46,124 nucleotides of DNA from NCBI GenBank assembly GCA_903920425.1, contig CAIXME010000247.1, forward strand, positions 1 through 46,124, written 5' to 3'. Origin of the DNA: an uncultured Pirellula sp. (lineage in GTDB: Bacteria; Planctomycetota; Planctomycetia; Pirellulales; Pirellulaceae). Under the pieces are notes generated by a model that did no database searches, was not told where the DNA came from, and saw only the letters and a list, made by a program, of their open reading frames with translations. The translations under genes were made by a program, and so were the position numbers. Within the stretch, counting starts at the first letter, position 1. Every line of letters starts with the position of its first letter. Shown piece by piece: positions 19,355 through 28,211 of the stretch.

Positions 19355-19384
19355 GTGAAGGCCATGGACGGCGTCGGCATCTAA
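19355..19384 (+). promoter_or_regulatory. Putative ECF promoter GTGAAG-N16-GCATCTAA (distal copy)
   Basis: Same motif; immediately followed by inverted repeat GGCCAATT/AATTGGCC. Confidence 0.72.
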
Positions 19385-19500
19385 GGCCAATTTTAGCTGC
19401 GAACCGTCGAGAAAGCCTTTTCAATTGGCCGTTCCGTTGGCAATGCTCGATTACCGAACACCAGTTGAGTCTAGACGAGTGAAAACAATTCAACAATTTC

Positions 19501-19530
19501 GTGAAGAAAGACCCCAGCTCTAGCATCCAA
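19501..19530 (+). promoter_or_regulatory. Putative ECF promoter GTGAAG-N16-GCATCCAA
   Basis: Same motif, 68 nt upstream of ATG 19599. Confidence 0.8.
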
Positions 19531-19598
19531 CTCCGCAGATGCATGGAAGATGTCTATGTAGTCTGTTTCTTCAGTTTCAATAGAGATAGGGTTTGAAC

Positions 19599-19934
19599 AT
19601 GAAAATTGCTGCTGCAATTGGTTTACTGTTGTTTGTTGGAGTCGGCTTGGCTTTGGGGGCAAGTTTGACGACGACTCGGACAACAAACTCAGCCTCCGAT
19701 GCGTGTGCCTGCACTACCTGCTGCCCAGACGGCGGTTGCTGCTGTGAAACGGGTGTCTGTACTTGCGAAGACTGTAAGTGCGATTGCTGCGCGGCTGATT
19801 CCAAGGGCTGCAATGCAGGTTGCTGTGATAACAAGTCTGGCGCATCCCGTTCGAACGTTTCTAGTGTTGAGCAGGGCACTTGTCCGAAGTGCCCTCCCAA
19901 GTCACCAACCAAAGGCCCCAAGAAGCTGAATTAG
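19599..19934 (+). CDS. Exported/membrane-anchored metallothionein-like protein MT1
   Basis: MKIAAAIGLLLFVGVGLALGA then CACTTCCPDGGCCCETGVCTCEDCKCDCC...GCNAGCC; paralogue at 22250. Confidence 0.85.
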   Translation: MKIAAAIGLLLFVGVGLALGASLTTTRTTNSASDACACTTCCPDGGCCCETGVCTCEDCKCDCCAADSKGCNAGCCDNKSGASRSNVSSVEQGTCPKCPPKSPTKGPKKLN

Positions 19935-20131
19935 TTTTCTCGAAAGTGTCTTGTGATGCGACTTTGCCAAGGCAACTGTTTCAAAGCCAACCCTTGAGCA
20001 CAGATGCCCCAGTTGCTCCGTCTAATTCAGCTGTGGGACATCACGGAAGCGATTTCTGCAGGACATATTTCTCTACTACATGGGTGCTACGGAGTGTACC
20101 CATTTGCTAATGCTGATCAAACACTAGGAAG

Positions 20132-20407
20132 GTGAATATGCAAAGTTTCAAGAGAGGTATTCTCTTATTTTTCGTAGTAGCGATAACGCACAACGCTGGA
20201 TGCCAATCAAATTGGCCAGGCTACAAGTCGATTGTGGCATCGCAAGTACCAAATGCCTCTTTTTCATCGACCGCACCAACCGCAGGCGAGTTGTCTTTCG
20301 CAAAGCCGCCTTCGATTGCTGATGCGAGCACATCTGTGTCTCCTGGGAAAAGCGAGATGCCTGATCAGTCGACGAGCGAATCCTGCGGTTCCACTTGTTG
20401 TCGATGA
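20132..20407 (+). CDS. Small putative lipoprotein ending SCGSTCCR
   Basis: Hydrophobic N-terminus with NAGC, Ser/Pro-rich linker, terminal Cys cluster; AGGAAGG RBS. Confidence 0.65.
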   Translation: MNMQSFKRGILLFFVVAITHNAGCQSNWPGYKSIVASQVPNASFSSTAPTAGELSFAKPPSIADASTSVSPGKSEMPDQSTSESCGSTCCR

Positions 20408-20429
20408 ACTTTCTGGAGGCAAGCTGGAA

Positions 20430-21092
20430 ATGCCAAGCTTGAATGGTCTTGTGTCAAAGCTCGATACTTTCGCCTACTCGCTATCGAGACGTATTGGCAT
20501 TGCGGATCGAAGTCTGCTATTTGGTTGCGACACGACAACACTAGCAAATCTACCGTACGTACTTCCAAGCGGCCAGGAGTTTTGTATGCTTCGGCTGGAT
20601 CAATGCGGCTCACTTAGGGAATGTAACCCTGAGTTCCAATTAGCCGACTTTCAATCGCTCGATGGTACGCGATTTCGCTGCTATACAGTACGAAAAGACG
20701 GACGCACGGTAGCGTACGCTTGGCTTGGCAGTGGTGATATTCCTGCGCTGCACAATTGTAATGGACACGAATGGACTGGGCTTCCCATCTACCTTGATCA
20801 GGAGACCGCTTACCTGTTCTCAGTGTACGTGACTTCGTCCAGCAGAGGCCAACGACTGTACCAAGTATTAGCTTCTGGAATCGCTTCAACGATCCTTGGT
20901 GACGGCATCCGCCGAATTGTTCTTACGACCGATATAAGGAACAGTTCTTCGATTAAGGCAGTACAACGAATGGGGTTTGAGCTTTACGGAAGAACTAGCT
21001 TCTCAGCTTTTTCTGGTTGGAAACGTGCAAGGTACGAGGTAAGTGCACCTTTTCTGCCAAGCAAACTCGGCAAATACGTTGGCGATTGCTAA
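20430..21092 (+). CDS. GNAT family N-acetyltransferase
   Basis: Likely start 20430 (GGAGG RBS); AYLFSVYVTSSSRGQRLY and NSSSIKAVQRMGF motifs. Confidence 0.8.
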   Translation: MPSLNGLVSKLDTFAYSLSRRIGIADRSLLFGCDTTTLANLPYVLPSGQEFCMLRLDQCGSLRECNPEFQLADFQSLDGTRFRCYTVRKDGRTVAYAWLGSGDIPALHNCNGHEWTGLPIYLDQETAYLFSVYVTSSSRGQRLYQVLASGIASTILGDGIRRIVLTTDIRNSSSIKAVQRMGFELYGRTSFSAFSGWKRARYEVSAPFLPSKLGKYVGDC

Positions 21093-21136
21093 CAACCACC
21101 ACCGGCTGTTTGGTATTGGATCGCAGCTTCGACTTG

Positions 21137-21164
21137 CAAAACGGATTCTTAATCATCCGTTTTG
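21137..21164 (+). terminator. Hairpin downstream of the GNAT gene
   Basis: 10-bp inverted repeat CAAAACGGAT/ATCCGTTTTG with an 8-nt loop. Confidence 0.5.
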
Positions 21165-21194
21165 TTGAAGGAACCAAGCTCTTTGGGCATCTAA
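21165..21194 (+). promoter_or_regulatory. Putative ECF promoter TTGAAG-N16-GCATCTAA
   Basis: Same motif, 73 nt upstream of ATG 21268. Confidence 0.75.
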
Positions 21195-21267
21195 CAGATA
21201 TCCATGGGCCGAGTGGCGGCTCAATGTCCAATTCATTCGGTATTTCATCACAGATGGTACCGAAGGC

Positions 21268-21882
21268 ATGTTCTCGAAAGGAACGATGATGAGTATTGCG
21301 AGTATCGGAAAATTTGTGCTTTCGTTAGCGTTCGTTGCGGGCTTGGCTTTGGCTATTCCGCAGGAATCTCACGCTCAGTCCAGGATCAACGATTCTATTG
21401 CCAGAAAAAATGGGGCGCCTTTCTGGGCGAACCAGCGCACTTCGCGAAACATTCAACACGCGAGAGATTATTCTCGTGGGATGCAGCGTTATGCAACTCA
21501 AGCTCAGGTCATCCAGCCGACGGTGACTCAAGCGGAGTCGCAGATGCTTGGGCAGCAACTCCAAGCGATCCAGCGTGACATGGCAATCGTACGCCAAGAA
21601 TACGCATCCAATCCAAAAGTTGTCGAGCAAGTCAAGAAGATTGAGACGCAACTTGGGCAAGCAACCACCGTTCAAAAATCTCTCCATGAAGAGTGCTGCA
21701 AAACATCGCCAGATGGAAAAATGTGCGCGGAGATGTGCAGCAAAATCCATACATCGCTCGATCAAATGAAAGTAGAGCACGATAAGCTTCTGAAGGAACT
21801 TGGTCACGAAGATGCGGCTCATGAACACCAAGACCATGAGCATCACGATCACGGCGGTACTGAAAACAAAAACAGTAAGTAG
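21268..21882 (+). CDS. Secreted helical protein with CC/CxxxC and a His-rich tail
   Basis: Signal peptide (SHA-Q), HEECCK...MCAEMC, GHEDAAHEHQDHEHHDHG. Confidence 0.8.
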   Translation: MFSKGTMMSIASIGKFVLSLAFVAGLALAIPQESHAQSRINDSIARKNGAPFWANQRTSRNIQHARDYSRGMQRYATQAQVIQPTVTQAESQMLGQQLQAIQRDMAIVRQEYASNPKVVEQVKKIETQLGQATTVQKSLHEECCKTSPDGKMCAEMCSKIHTSLDQMKVEHDKLLKELGHEDAAHEHQDHEHHDHGGTENKNSK

Positions 21883-22150
21883 CATTTTTTGCCAAGTCTG
21901 TTTGGGGTGGGCTTCTGCTCTTGCGACAGACTATGCAATGTCTAGCGTTCAGCGGGTTGACTATTCAATCCGCTGATTTGCTTTTTGGGAATTCCTGGAG
22001 GCTTCAACGAGTTGGCTTGCTTGCGGGAGACGTTAAGTCAAACCAAGGAATTTTAAACTGGTTTGTGGGTAATTACCCGCAAGCACGATGTGAGCTTTTC
22101 CGATGATCAGAAGAAGGATGCGAAGTAGATGGCAGCGGATCGAAATTTCC

Positions 22151-22180
22151 GTGAAGTATTGCAGCCTTCTCGGCATCCAA
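22151..22180 (+). promoter_or_regulatory. Putative ECF promoter GTGAAG-N16-GCATCCAA
   Basis: Same motif, 69 nt upstream of ATG 22250. Confidence 0.8.
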
Positions 22181-22249
22181 CACTCGAGAAGCACTAATGC
22201 TTCCAAAGAACGATATCATATACCAGTGCCATTTTTACGGGAAAATGAA

Positions 22250-22546
22250 ATGAAGATTGCTGCATCGTTGGTTGTGTTGTGTTTGATTGGTCTTGGCGTG
22301 GCGATGGGGGCAAACTACGCAAGCAAGTCAAGCTTGAATACCGAATCGAAGGTTTGTGCCTGCGAAACCTGCTGTCCCGATGGCGGTTGCTGCTGTGAAA
22401 CCGGCGTTTGCTCTTGTGATGATTGCCAATGCGATTGCTGCGCCGAGGGAGCAACCGGCTGCTTGGCTGGTTGCTGCACCGACAAAGTCGCAACCAACCC
22501 CACAGATAAACCAGCGACTTGCACCAAGGGTTGTTGTAAGGAGTAA
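22250..22546 (+). CDS. Exported/membrane-anchored metallothionein-like protein MT2
   Basis: 98 aa, 20 Cys; its 41-aa core is 32/41 identical to MT1. Confidence 0.85.
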   Translation: MKIAASLVVLCLIGLGVAMGANYASKSSLNTESKVCACETCCPDGGCCCETGVCSCDDCQCDCCAEGATGCLAGCCTDKVATNPTDKPATCTKGCCKE

Positions 22547-22636
22547 ATGGTCAGCAGGTTTCTGGCGGGCTGGGAAATCACTCTGACCCTGACTCAGTCA
22601 GAGTGGGAACGAAACAGGAGAAGCGCAACAGTAACA

Positions 22637-22665
22637 TTGACTCGTAACCGACGGTCAAGTACTAT
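22637..22665 (+). promoter_or_regulatory. Sigma70-type promoter TTGACT-N17-TACTAT with a TTGAC/GTCAA dyad
   Basis: Near-consensus hexamers at 17-nt spacing, followed by AAGGAG and TTG 22685. Confidence 0.7.
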
Positions 22666-22684
22666 CGATGCAAGGAGTTTAGCT

Positions 22685-23095
22685 TTGGTTCGAAATCTGC
22701 TCGCAATTTTGATGTGTCTTCAAGTGCTGGTCTGTCCAGCGCTCTGCATCGACGTTTGCCAGCTCCACAAACAAGCTAACAACCCCTCGTCCCATCTGGA
22801 GGGTTCTCTCCAATGTCATTGTTGTGGCTCTGACGCGAGTCCTGAGAATGAATCGAACGCTCCCTGTGATCCCTCGTCCGAATGCTGCAATTGCTTTTGC
22901 GGTGGTGCTGTTGTTTCGGAGACCGATTCGGTTTACCTTCCGATTCACTTTGCTGTATCAGATGTTGCTACGATCGCACAATGTGCGTTTACGACGGAGC
23001 ACACTGACTGCGTTCAGCCTGCCGAGCATGTGGCGGACGGGGCGTTGATTTCTGGGCGCGCGATTCTCTGCGCCTATTGCGTCCTTCAAATCTAG
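22685..23095 (+). CDS. Cys-rich leader-type protein L2 (hypothetical)
   Basis: TTG start after AAGGAG; hydrophobic Cys-rich N-terminus, CHCC, CCNCFC; ends GRAILCAYCVLQI. Confidence 0.75.
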   Translation: MVRNLLAILMCLQVLVCPALCIDVCQLHKQANNPSSHLEGSLQCHCCGSDASPENESNAPCDPSSECCNCFCGGAVVSETDSVYLPIHFAVSDVATIAQCAFTTEHTDCVQPAEHVADGALISGRAILCAYCVLQI

Positions 23096-23255
23096 CGAAT
23101 CTCTTTCTTCGCGGCTCAAACGCACGTTGGTGTTTGGGAAAGTCAAATTCATGTAGCTCGTCTAGCGTTCTGTCCGTCTTCATTTAATGAGGGTGCTACA
23201 GACTGCGGACAGGGCAATCTACATCGCGTCAATTATTAAACATATGGAGTTAGCT

Positions 23256-24932
23256 ATGATTCGCTATCCCTCCGGTTCCGTTTTGCAGGAACCAGACAAT
23301 GCACTTAAAAGCCAAAATGGCGGTGAGTCGTTGTTGCCAGCGAGCGAGACGTTTCCATCTACGAAGCCGAACTATACAAAGCAAACGCTGGCGAAATTCC
23401 TTAACGCGTTGGGGCCGACGCTCGTTCTGGTTGGATTCGCGGCGGTCTTTTACTTCGGACACCATAACGATTGGAAGATCCCCAAGTTTGGAGCTCTAAC
23501 TGGAACCGTAAAACCTACAGCCAAGGATTGGTGCGAGGAACATGGTGTGCCAGAATCGATTTGCGTCGAGTGCGATCCTTCATTGATGTCTAAGGGCCCT
23601 GACTTTGGATGGTGCCCTGAGCATGGAATTCACAATTGTCCTTTGCATCACCCGGAAGTCGCACAACTGAAAGAGGTTCCTAGTGTATTTCCGTCCGACC
23701 TTGACCGGGCGGCACGTGCGCTTTCCATCATCCCACGCAAAGAGAACAAAGCTACCTGCGAAATCTACAAAACGCGCATCCAATTCGCCTCGATGGAGTC
23801 GGTTCGGCAAGCGGGTGTGGACGTAGAGTTGGTCGAGCGTCAGCCTATTGCTGAATTGATTCATACCAGTGGGGCAATCGTTTATGACCCAACTCGAAAG
23901 GCTAGTTTGGCTTCTCGCGTGGCCGGTAGTGTCTGGACTGTCGAAAAGAATGTTGGCGATTCCGTGGCGAAAGGCGAAGTGCTTGCAATTATCGATGCTG
24001 CTGAAGTCGGCGGACTAAAGACTGCATTGATGCGATCACTTGCTGAGCGAAAACTACAAAGTCAAAACGTCTCTCGACTTACCGAAGCCCGAGAAGCAAT
24101 CGTGGGATCTCGAATTTTTGACGCCCAAGCTGCTTATTCGAAAGCCCAAGCTGATGTCTTGAGTGCGGAACAATCTCTTAGAAATCTTGGCTTGCCCGTG
24201 CAAGTGACAGCGTTGCAGACGCTATCCGAACAAGAGGTTCTTGACCAACTGCGATTGATCGGAATCCCGGACTCATTTCGTGCTCGACTCAACGGTCAAT
24301 TGAGCTCGTCGAATCTGATGCCGATCTTTTCGCCGCTGGACGGTGTCGTCCTCGAACGCACGGTTGCACCGGGAGAAGTAGTCGACTCGACCCGCATCCT
24401 TTTTCAGATTGCCGATGTTCGCCAAATGTGGATGACACTGAATGTCCCGCTAGAAAACATGAATCAATTGGCGATCGGGCAAACCGTCACGTTTCGTGCC
24501 GACGGAAGTCGCGAAATGATCAAGGGCAAGCTGGATTGGATCAGTACTTCGGCGGATAAAACGACACGTATGCTGCAAGTCCGCGCGGTGCTAAACAATT
24601 TCGACGGAAGGCTTCGTAATGAAACGTTTGGAACCGGGGAAGTCATTTTGCGTTCGGAATCCGACGCAATCGTCATACCCGCCGGTTCGTCACATTGGGA
24701 AGGATGTTGCCAAGTGGTATTCGTTCGTGACAAGCACTACTTCGACAGTCCCGATAGCTACAAAGTCTTCCACGTCCGATCGGTTCGCTTGGGGGCAACC
24801 AACGGTAAGTACACCGAAGTGATTGCTGGTGTATTACCAGGTGAAGTAATCGCAACTGCCGGCAGCGACGTGTTGCGGGCTCAACTTCTTAAGAACAATC
24901 TCGGCGCGGGCTGCGATTGCGTCGCTAAATAG
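23256..24932 (+). CDS. czcB: CzcB-like RND adaptor with an N-terminal WC-x-EH Cys/His domain
   Basis: Likely start 23256 (GGAG); MFP motifs SPLDGVV and GEVIATAGS; DWCEEHGVPESICVEC; C-terminal GCDC. Confidence 0.88.
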   Translation: MIRYPSGSVLQEPDNALKSQNGGESLLPASETFPSTKPNYTKQTLAKFLNALGPTLVLVGFAAVFYFGHHNDWKIPKFGALTGTVKPTAKDWCEEHGVPESICVECDPSLMSKGPDFGWCPEHGIHNCPLHHPEVAQLKEVPSVFPSDLDRAARALSIIPRKENKATCEIYKTRIQFASMESVRQAGVDVELVERQPIAELIHTSGAIVYDPTRKASLASRVAGSVWTVEKNVGDSVAKGEVLAIIDAAEVGGLKTALMRSLAERKLQSQNVSRLTEAREAIVGSRIFDAQAAYSKAQADVLSAEQSLRNLGLPVQVTALQTLSEQEVLDQLRLIGIPDSFRARLNGQLSSSNLMPIFSPLDGVVLERTVAPGEVVDSTRILFQIADVRQMWMTLNVPLENMNQLAIGQTVTFRADGSREMIKGKLDWISTSADKTTRMLQVRAVLNNFDGRLRNETFGTGEVILRSESDAIVIPAGSSHWEGCCQVVFVRDKHYFDSPDSYKVFHVRSVRLGATNGKYTEVIAGVLPGEVIATAGSDVLRAQLLKNNLGAGCDCVAK

Positions 24933-24941
24933 GAGACTGTA

Positions 24942-27900
24942 ATGCTGAACTGGATTATTGATGCCTCACTTAAACATCGTGCTCTCGTCATCCTTGTGAC
25001 AGTATTGTTCGCGGTCATCGGTGGATTCTCGCTCCAACAACTTGACATCGATGCGTTCCCCGATACGACGCCGGTGATGATTCAAATCAACACCGTTGCT
25101 CCGTCGCTAGCGTCCGAAGAAATTGAACGCCAAATCACGTTCCCAGTTGAACAGGCAATCAGTGGCCTCCCAAAATTGAGTCAACTCCGTTCGATATCTA
25201 AATTCGGGTTGTCACAAGTCGTAGTCATTTTCGATGATGGCGTTGATGTCTACTTTGCGAGACAGTTGATCAACGAGCGTCTTTCGACGGTCGTCCTTCC
25301 GGATGGTATTCAGCGTCCTCAGATGGGGCCGGTGTCGACCGGATTGGGTGAGGTATTCCACTATGTATTGGTTTACGATGGCGTTGACTTCTCAAAGGTT
25401 TCGCAGGAAGAACGCATAAAGCGGTTTACAGAACTGCGAACTATACATGACTGGATCGTCAAGCCTCAGTTGCGGTCCGTACGCGGAGTCGCGGAAGTGA
25501 ATAGTTGGGGTGGCTACGAGAAGCAGTACCAAATTAGGCTCGATCCCGAACGGTTATTCAAATTCGGCCTGACCTTTGAACAGGTTTCTGACGCAATTGA
25601 GTCCAACAACGAAAATGTCGGCGGTGGAACCGTCAACGACGGAAGCGAAATGCTGCTCGTTCACGGAATCGGTAGAACGGTAAACCTCAAAGAGATCGAA
25701 GACATCGTCATCACTTCCGAGGATGGCGTACCCGTCCGCATTCGTGATGTTGCAGATGTGGAGATTGGTCACGAAATTCGTCGCGGTGCGGTTACTGCAA
25801 ACGGTCGCGGTGAGGCAGTACTGGGTCTGGGTTTCATGTTGATGGGCGAGAATAGCCACCATGTCACGTGGGCCATTAAAGACAAAGTGAATGCCATTCG
25901 AGAGAGTTTGCCTCCGGGAGTAAAGCTGCAAACTGTCTACGATCGGACCGAATTGATCGATCATGTTATTCACACCGTTCAAAAGAATCTGTTCGAGGGC
26001 GGTCTACTCGTCGTGGCTGTTTTGTTTGTCTTTCTTGGCAATCTACGCGCGGGAATCATTGTGGCGATGGCGATACCACTTTCAATGTTGTTCGCCTTCT
26101 CGGGGATGCTGAAGTTTGGGATCGCAGCCAGTCTGCTCAGCTTGGGTGCGATCGACTTTGGGTTGGTTGTCGATAGCTCGGTCGTGATGATCGAAAACTG
26201 TGTTCGCCACTTGGCACACAATCGAGATGGACGAAGCCGACTGCAAATCATTCGCGATGCGGCAATTGAGGTCCGCAAACCAACCATGTTTGGGGAGTTG
26301 ATCATCATGATCGTCTACCTTCCGATCCTAACTTTGGAAGGAGTCGAAGGTAAGCTGTTTCGCCCTATGGCTATGACAGTCATTTTGGCATTGGCTGGTT
26401 CGATGGTGTTATCGCTGACGTTGATGCCGGTGTTGGCAAGTCTTTTCCTGCCGAAAAAGATCGAAGAAAAAGAACCGCTGCTGATTCGAGTACTGAAGCG
26501 GCTCTATGCACCGGTGCTCCGATTTACGATGCACCATAAAACGATTGTGATCGGATCGGCGCTTTTGCTGCTCGTGAGTGTATTCGCTCTCGTTGCTCCT
26601 AACCTTGGCTCAGAGTTCATTCCTCGCCTTTCTGAAGGTGCCATCACACTCAACGTTGTGCGACTTGCTGGAACGACGATGGAGGAGTCGATTCGATACA
26701 ACACTAAAATGGAGCAAGTGCTGCTGGAGAAGTTTCCGGACGAGATTGCTCAGATTTGGAGTCGGATCGGAACGGCGGAGGTAGCCACGGACCCGATGGG
26801 AACGGAGTTGACGGACCTGTTTATCACACTGCATCCACGAAAACAATGGAAGCGAGCTTCGACACAAGAGGAACTGACGACGCTCGTTCAAGAAGAATTA
26901 CGAGATCTCCCTGGCCCTCGGCTTGCGATGTCGCAACCCATTGAAATGCGGATGAACGAAATGATCTCGGGAGTCCGTTCAGACGTTGCCGCTATCCTCT
27001 ATGGTGACGATCTGGATCTGATGGTGGCCAAAGCATCGGAGGTCGAACGTGCTTTGAACTCGATACGAGGTGCGGCAGAGGTCAAAGTCGAACAAGTCTC
27101 TGGCCAACCGGTGTTGCAAATCCGAGTCAAGCAAGATGAAATTGCTCGATACGGTGTTACCGCGAGCACCGTTATGAATATCGTCCGCGCTCTGGGAACT
27201 CACAATGTCGGCGAAGTCTACGAAGGACAATTGAGATTTCCTTTGATCATTCGATTGCCCGAAAAGGCAAGGGCCGATCCTGAAGCAATCAGTCAAATAC
27301 TCGTGGCGACCCCCAGTGGCGAACGAATACCGCTTTCGCGTCTGGCGACGATCGAGAAGGTCCAAGGCCCGAACACGATCAAACGCGATTGGTATCAAAG
27401 ACGGATCACGATCGAAGCCAACGTTCGTGGTCGCGATCAGGGCAGTTTCGTTGCCGAAGCCCAACAAGTCATCTCACAGAGAGTGCAATTGCCTGCCGGT
27501 CGTTACCGAATCGAATGGGGCGGGCAGTTTGAAAATCTTCAACGAGCACAAACGCGACTGATGATTGTCGTCCCCATTGCACTGTTGATGATCTTGTCGC
27601 TGCTGTATATGACCTATCGCAATTGGGTTGATTCCCTGAGAGTATTCACTGGCGTACCGTTCGCTTGGATCGGCGGCATTCTTGCACTTTGGGTTCGCGA
27701 CATGCCGTTCTCGATCTCGGCGGCCGTCGGTTTCATTGCTTTGTCTGGGGTCGCCGTTCTCGACGACATGCTGTTGGTCTCTACGATTCGGCAGTTGCGC
27801 CGCCAAGGAAAATCACTTGATGACGCTGTTGAAGAGGCAGCAATGACCAGGCTTCGACCAATCCTCATGACGACGTTGGTAGCTAGTCTCGGTTTTGTTC

Positions 27901-28178
27901 CTATGGCGTTTAGCGATGGCATGGGTTCAGAAGTACAAAGGCCCCTTGCTACCGTTGTCATCGGAGGTGTGTGCAGTGCGATGGTCATGAGCTTACTTGT
28001 TTTACGAGTCTTGTACGTAGTCTTTAATCTTCCGAGTGCTAGCCACGACGAAGATGGTGGAAACGATGATGGTCATCGTTTCAAACCTGTTCCCCCGACT
28101 GAACCAGAGGTCTCGCACGAATGGAGCTTAGACGGTCCGTCTGAAGCTTCTTACAAGCGAGAGCGATCGACAGTCTAA
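24942..28178 (+). CDS. czcA: CzcA-type divalent metal RND permease (RND2)
   Basis: IDAFPD, GPVSTGLGE, TM4 AIDFGLVVDSSVVMIEN, RLRPILMT, EVQRPLATVVIGG. Confidence 0.95.
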   Translation: MLNWIIDASLKHRALVILVTVLFAVIGGFSLQQLDIDAFPDTTPVMIQINTVAPSLASEEIERQITFPVEQAISGLPKLSQLRSISKFGLSQVVVIFDDGVDVYFARQLINERLSTVVLPDGIQRPQMGPVSTGLGEVFHYVLVYDGVDFSKVSQEERIKRFTELRTIHDWIVKPQLRSVRGVAEVNSWGGYEKQYQIRLDPERLFKFGLTFEQVSDAIESNNENVGGGTVNDGSEMLLVHGIGRTVNLKEIEDIVITSEDGVPVRIRDVADVEIGHEIRRGAVTANGRGEAVLGLGFMLMGENSHHVTWAIKDKVNAIRESLPPGVKLQTVYDRTELIDHVIHTVQKNLFEGGLLVVAVLFVFLGNLRAGIIVAMAIPLSMLFAFSGMLKFGIAASLLSLGAIDFGLVVDSSVVMIENCVRHLAHNRDGRSRLQIIRDAAIEVRKPTMFGELIIMIVYLPILTLEGVEGKLFRPMAMTVILALAGSMVLSLTLMPVLASLFLPKKIEEKEPLLIRVLKRLYAPVLRFTMHHKTIVIGSALLLLVSVFALVAPNLGSEFIPRLSEGAITLNVVRLAGTTMEESIRYNTKMEQVLLEKFPDEIAQIWSRIGTAEVATDPMGTELTDLFITLHPRKQWKRASTQEELTTLVQEELRDLPGPRLAMSQPIEMRMNEMISGVRSDVAAILYGDDLDLMVAKASEVERALNSIRGAAEVKVEQVSGQPVLQIRVKQDEIARYGVTASTVMNIVRALGTHNVGEVYEGQLRFPLIIRLPEKARADPEAISQILVATPSGERIPLSRLATIEKVQGPNTIKRDWYQRRITIEANVRGRDQGSFVAEAQQVISQRVQLPAGRYRIEWGGQFENLQRAQTRLMIVVPIALLMILSLLYMTYRNWVDSLRVFTGVPFAWIGGILALWVRDMPFSISAAVGFIALSGVAVLDDMLLVSTIRQLRRQGKSLDDAVEEAAMTRLRPILMTTLVASLGFVPMAFSDGMGSEVQRPLATVVIGGVCSAMVMSLLVLRVLYVVFNLPSASHDEDGGNDDGHRFKPVPPTEPEVSHEWSLDGPSEASYKRERSTV

Positions 28179-28211
28179 CCCCTTGTTTCGGCAAAGCCGA
28201 TGGAGATTTAA

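Noticed and set aside
19471-19500. Possible other-ECF promoter for csp (GAAATT-N16-TCGTCTAG, minus strand)
   Set aside because: Single occurrence, about 260 nt from the start codon, and it overlaps the A/T-rich flank of the plus-strand motif.
19577-22581. Antisense Gln-rich ORFs (19577-19921, 22315-22581) that resemble each other
   Set aside because: They are the reverse-complement shadow of the Cys codons of MT1 and MT2.
22637-22665. MerR-family (ZntR/CadR/CueR) operator
   Set aside because: The spacer is 17 nt rather than the 19-20 nt typical of MerR promoters, the dyad is short, and no MerR gene is in the window.
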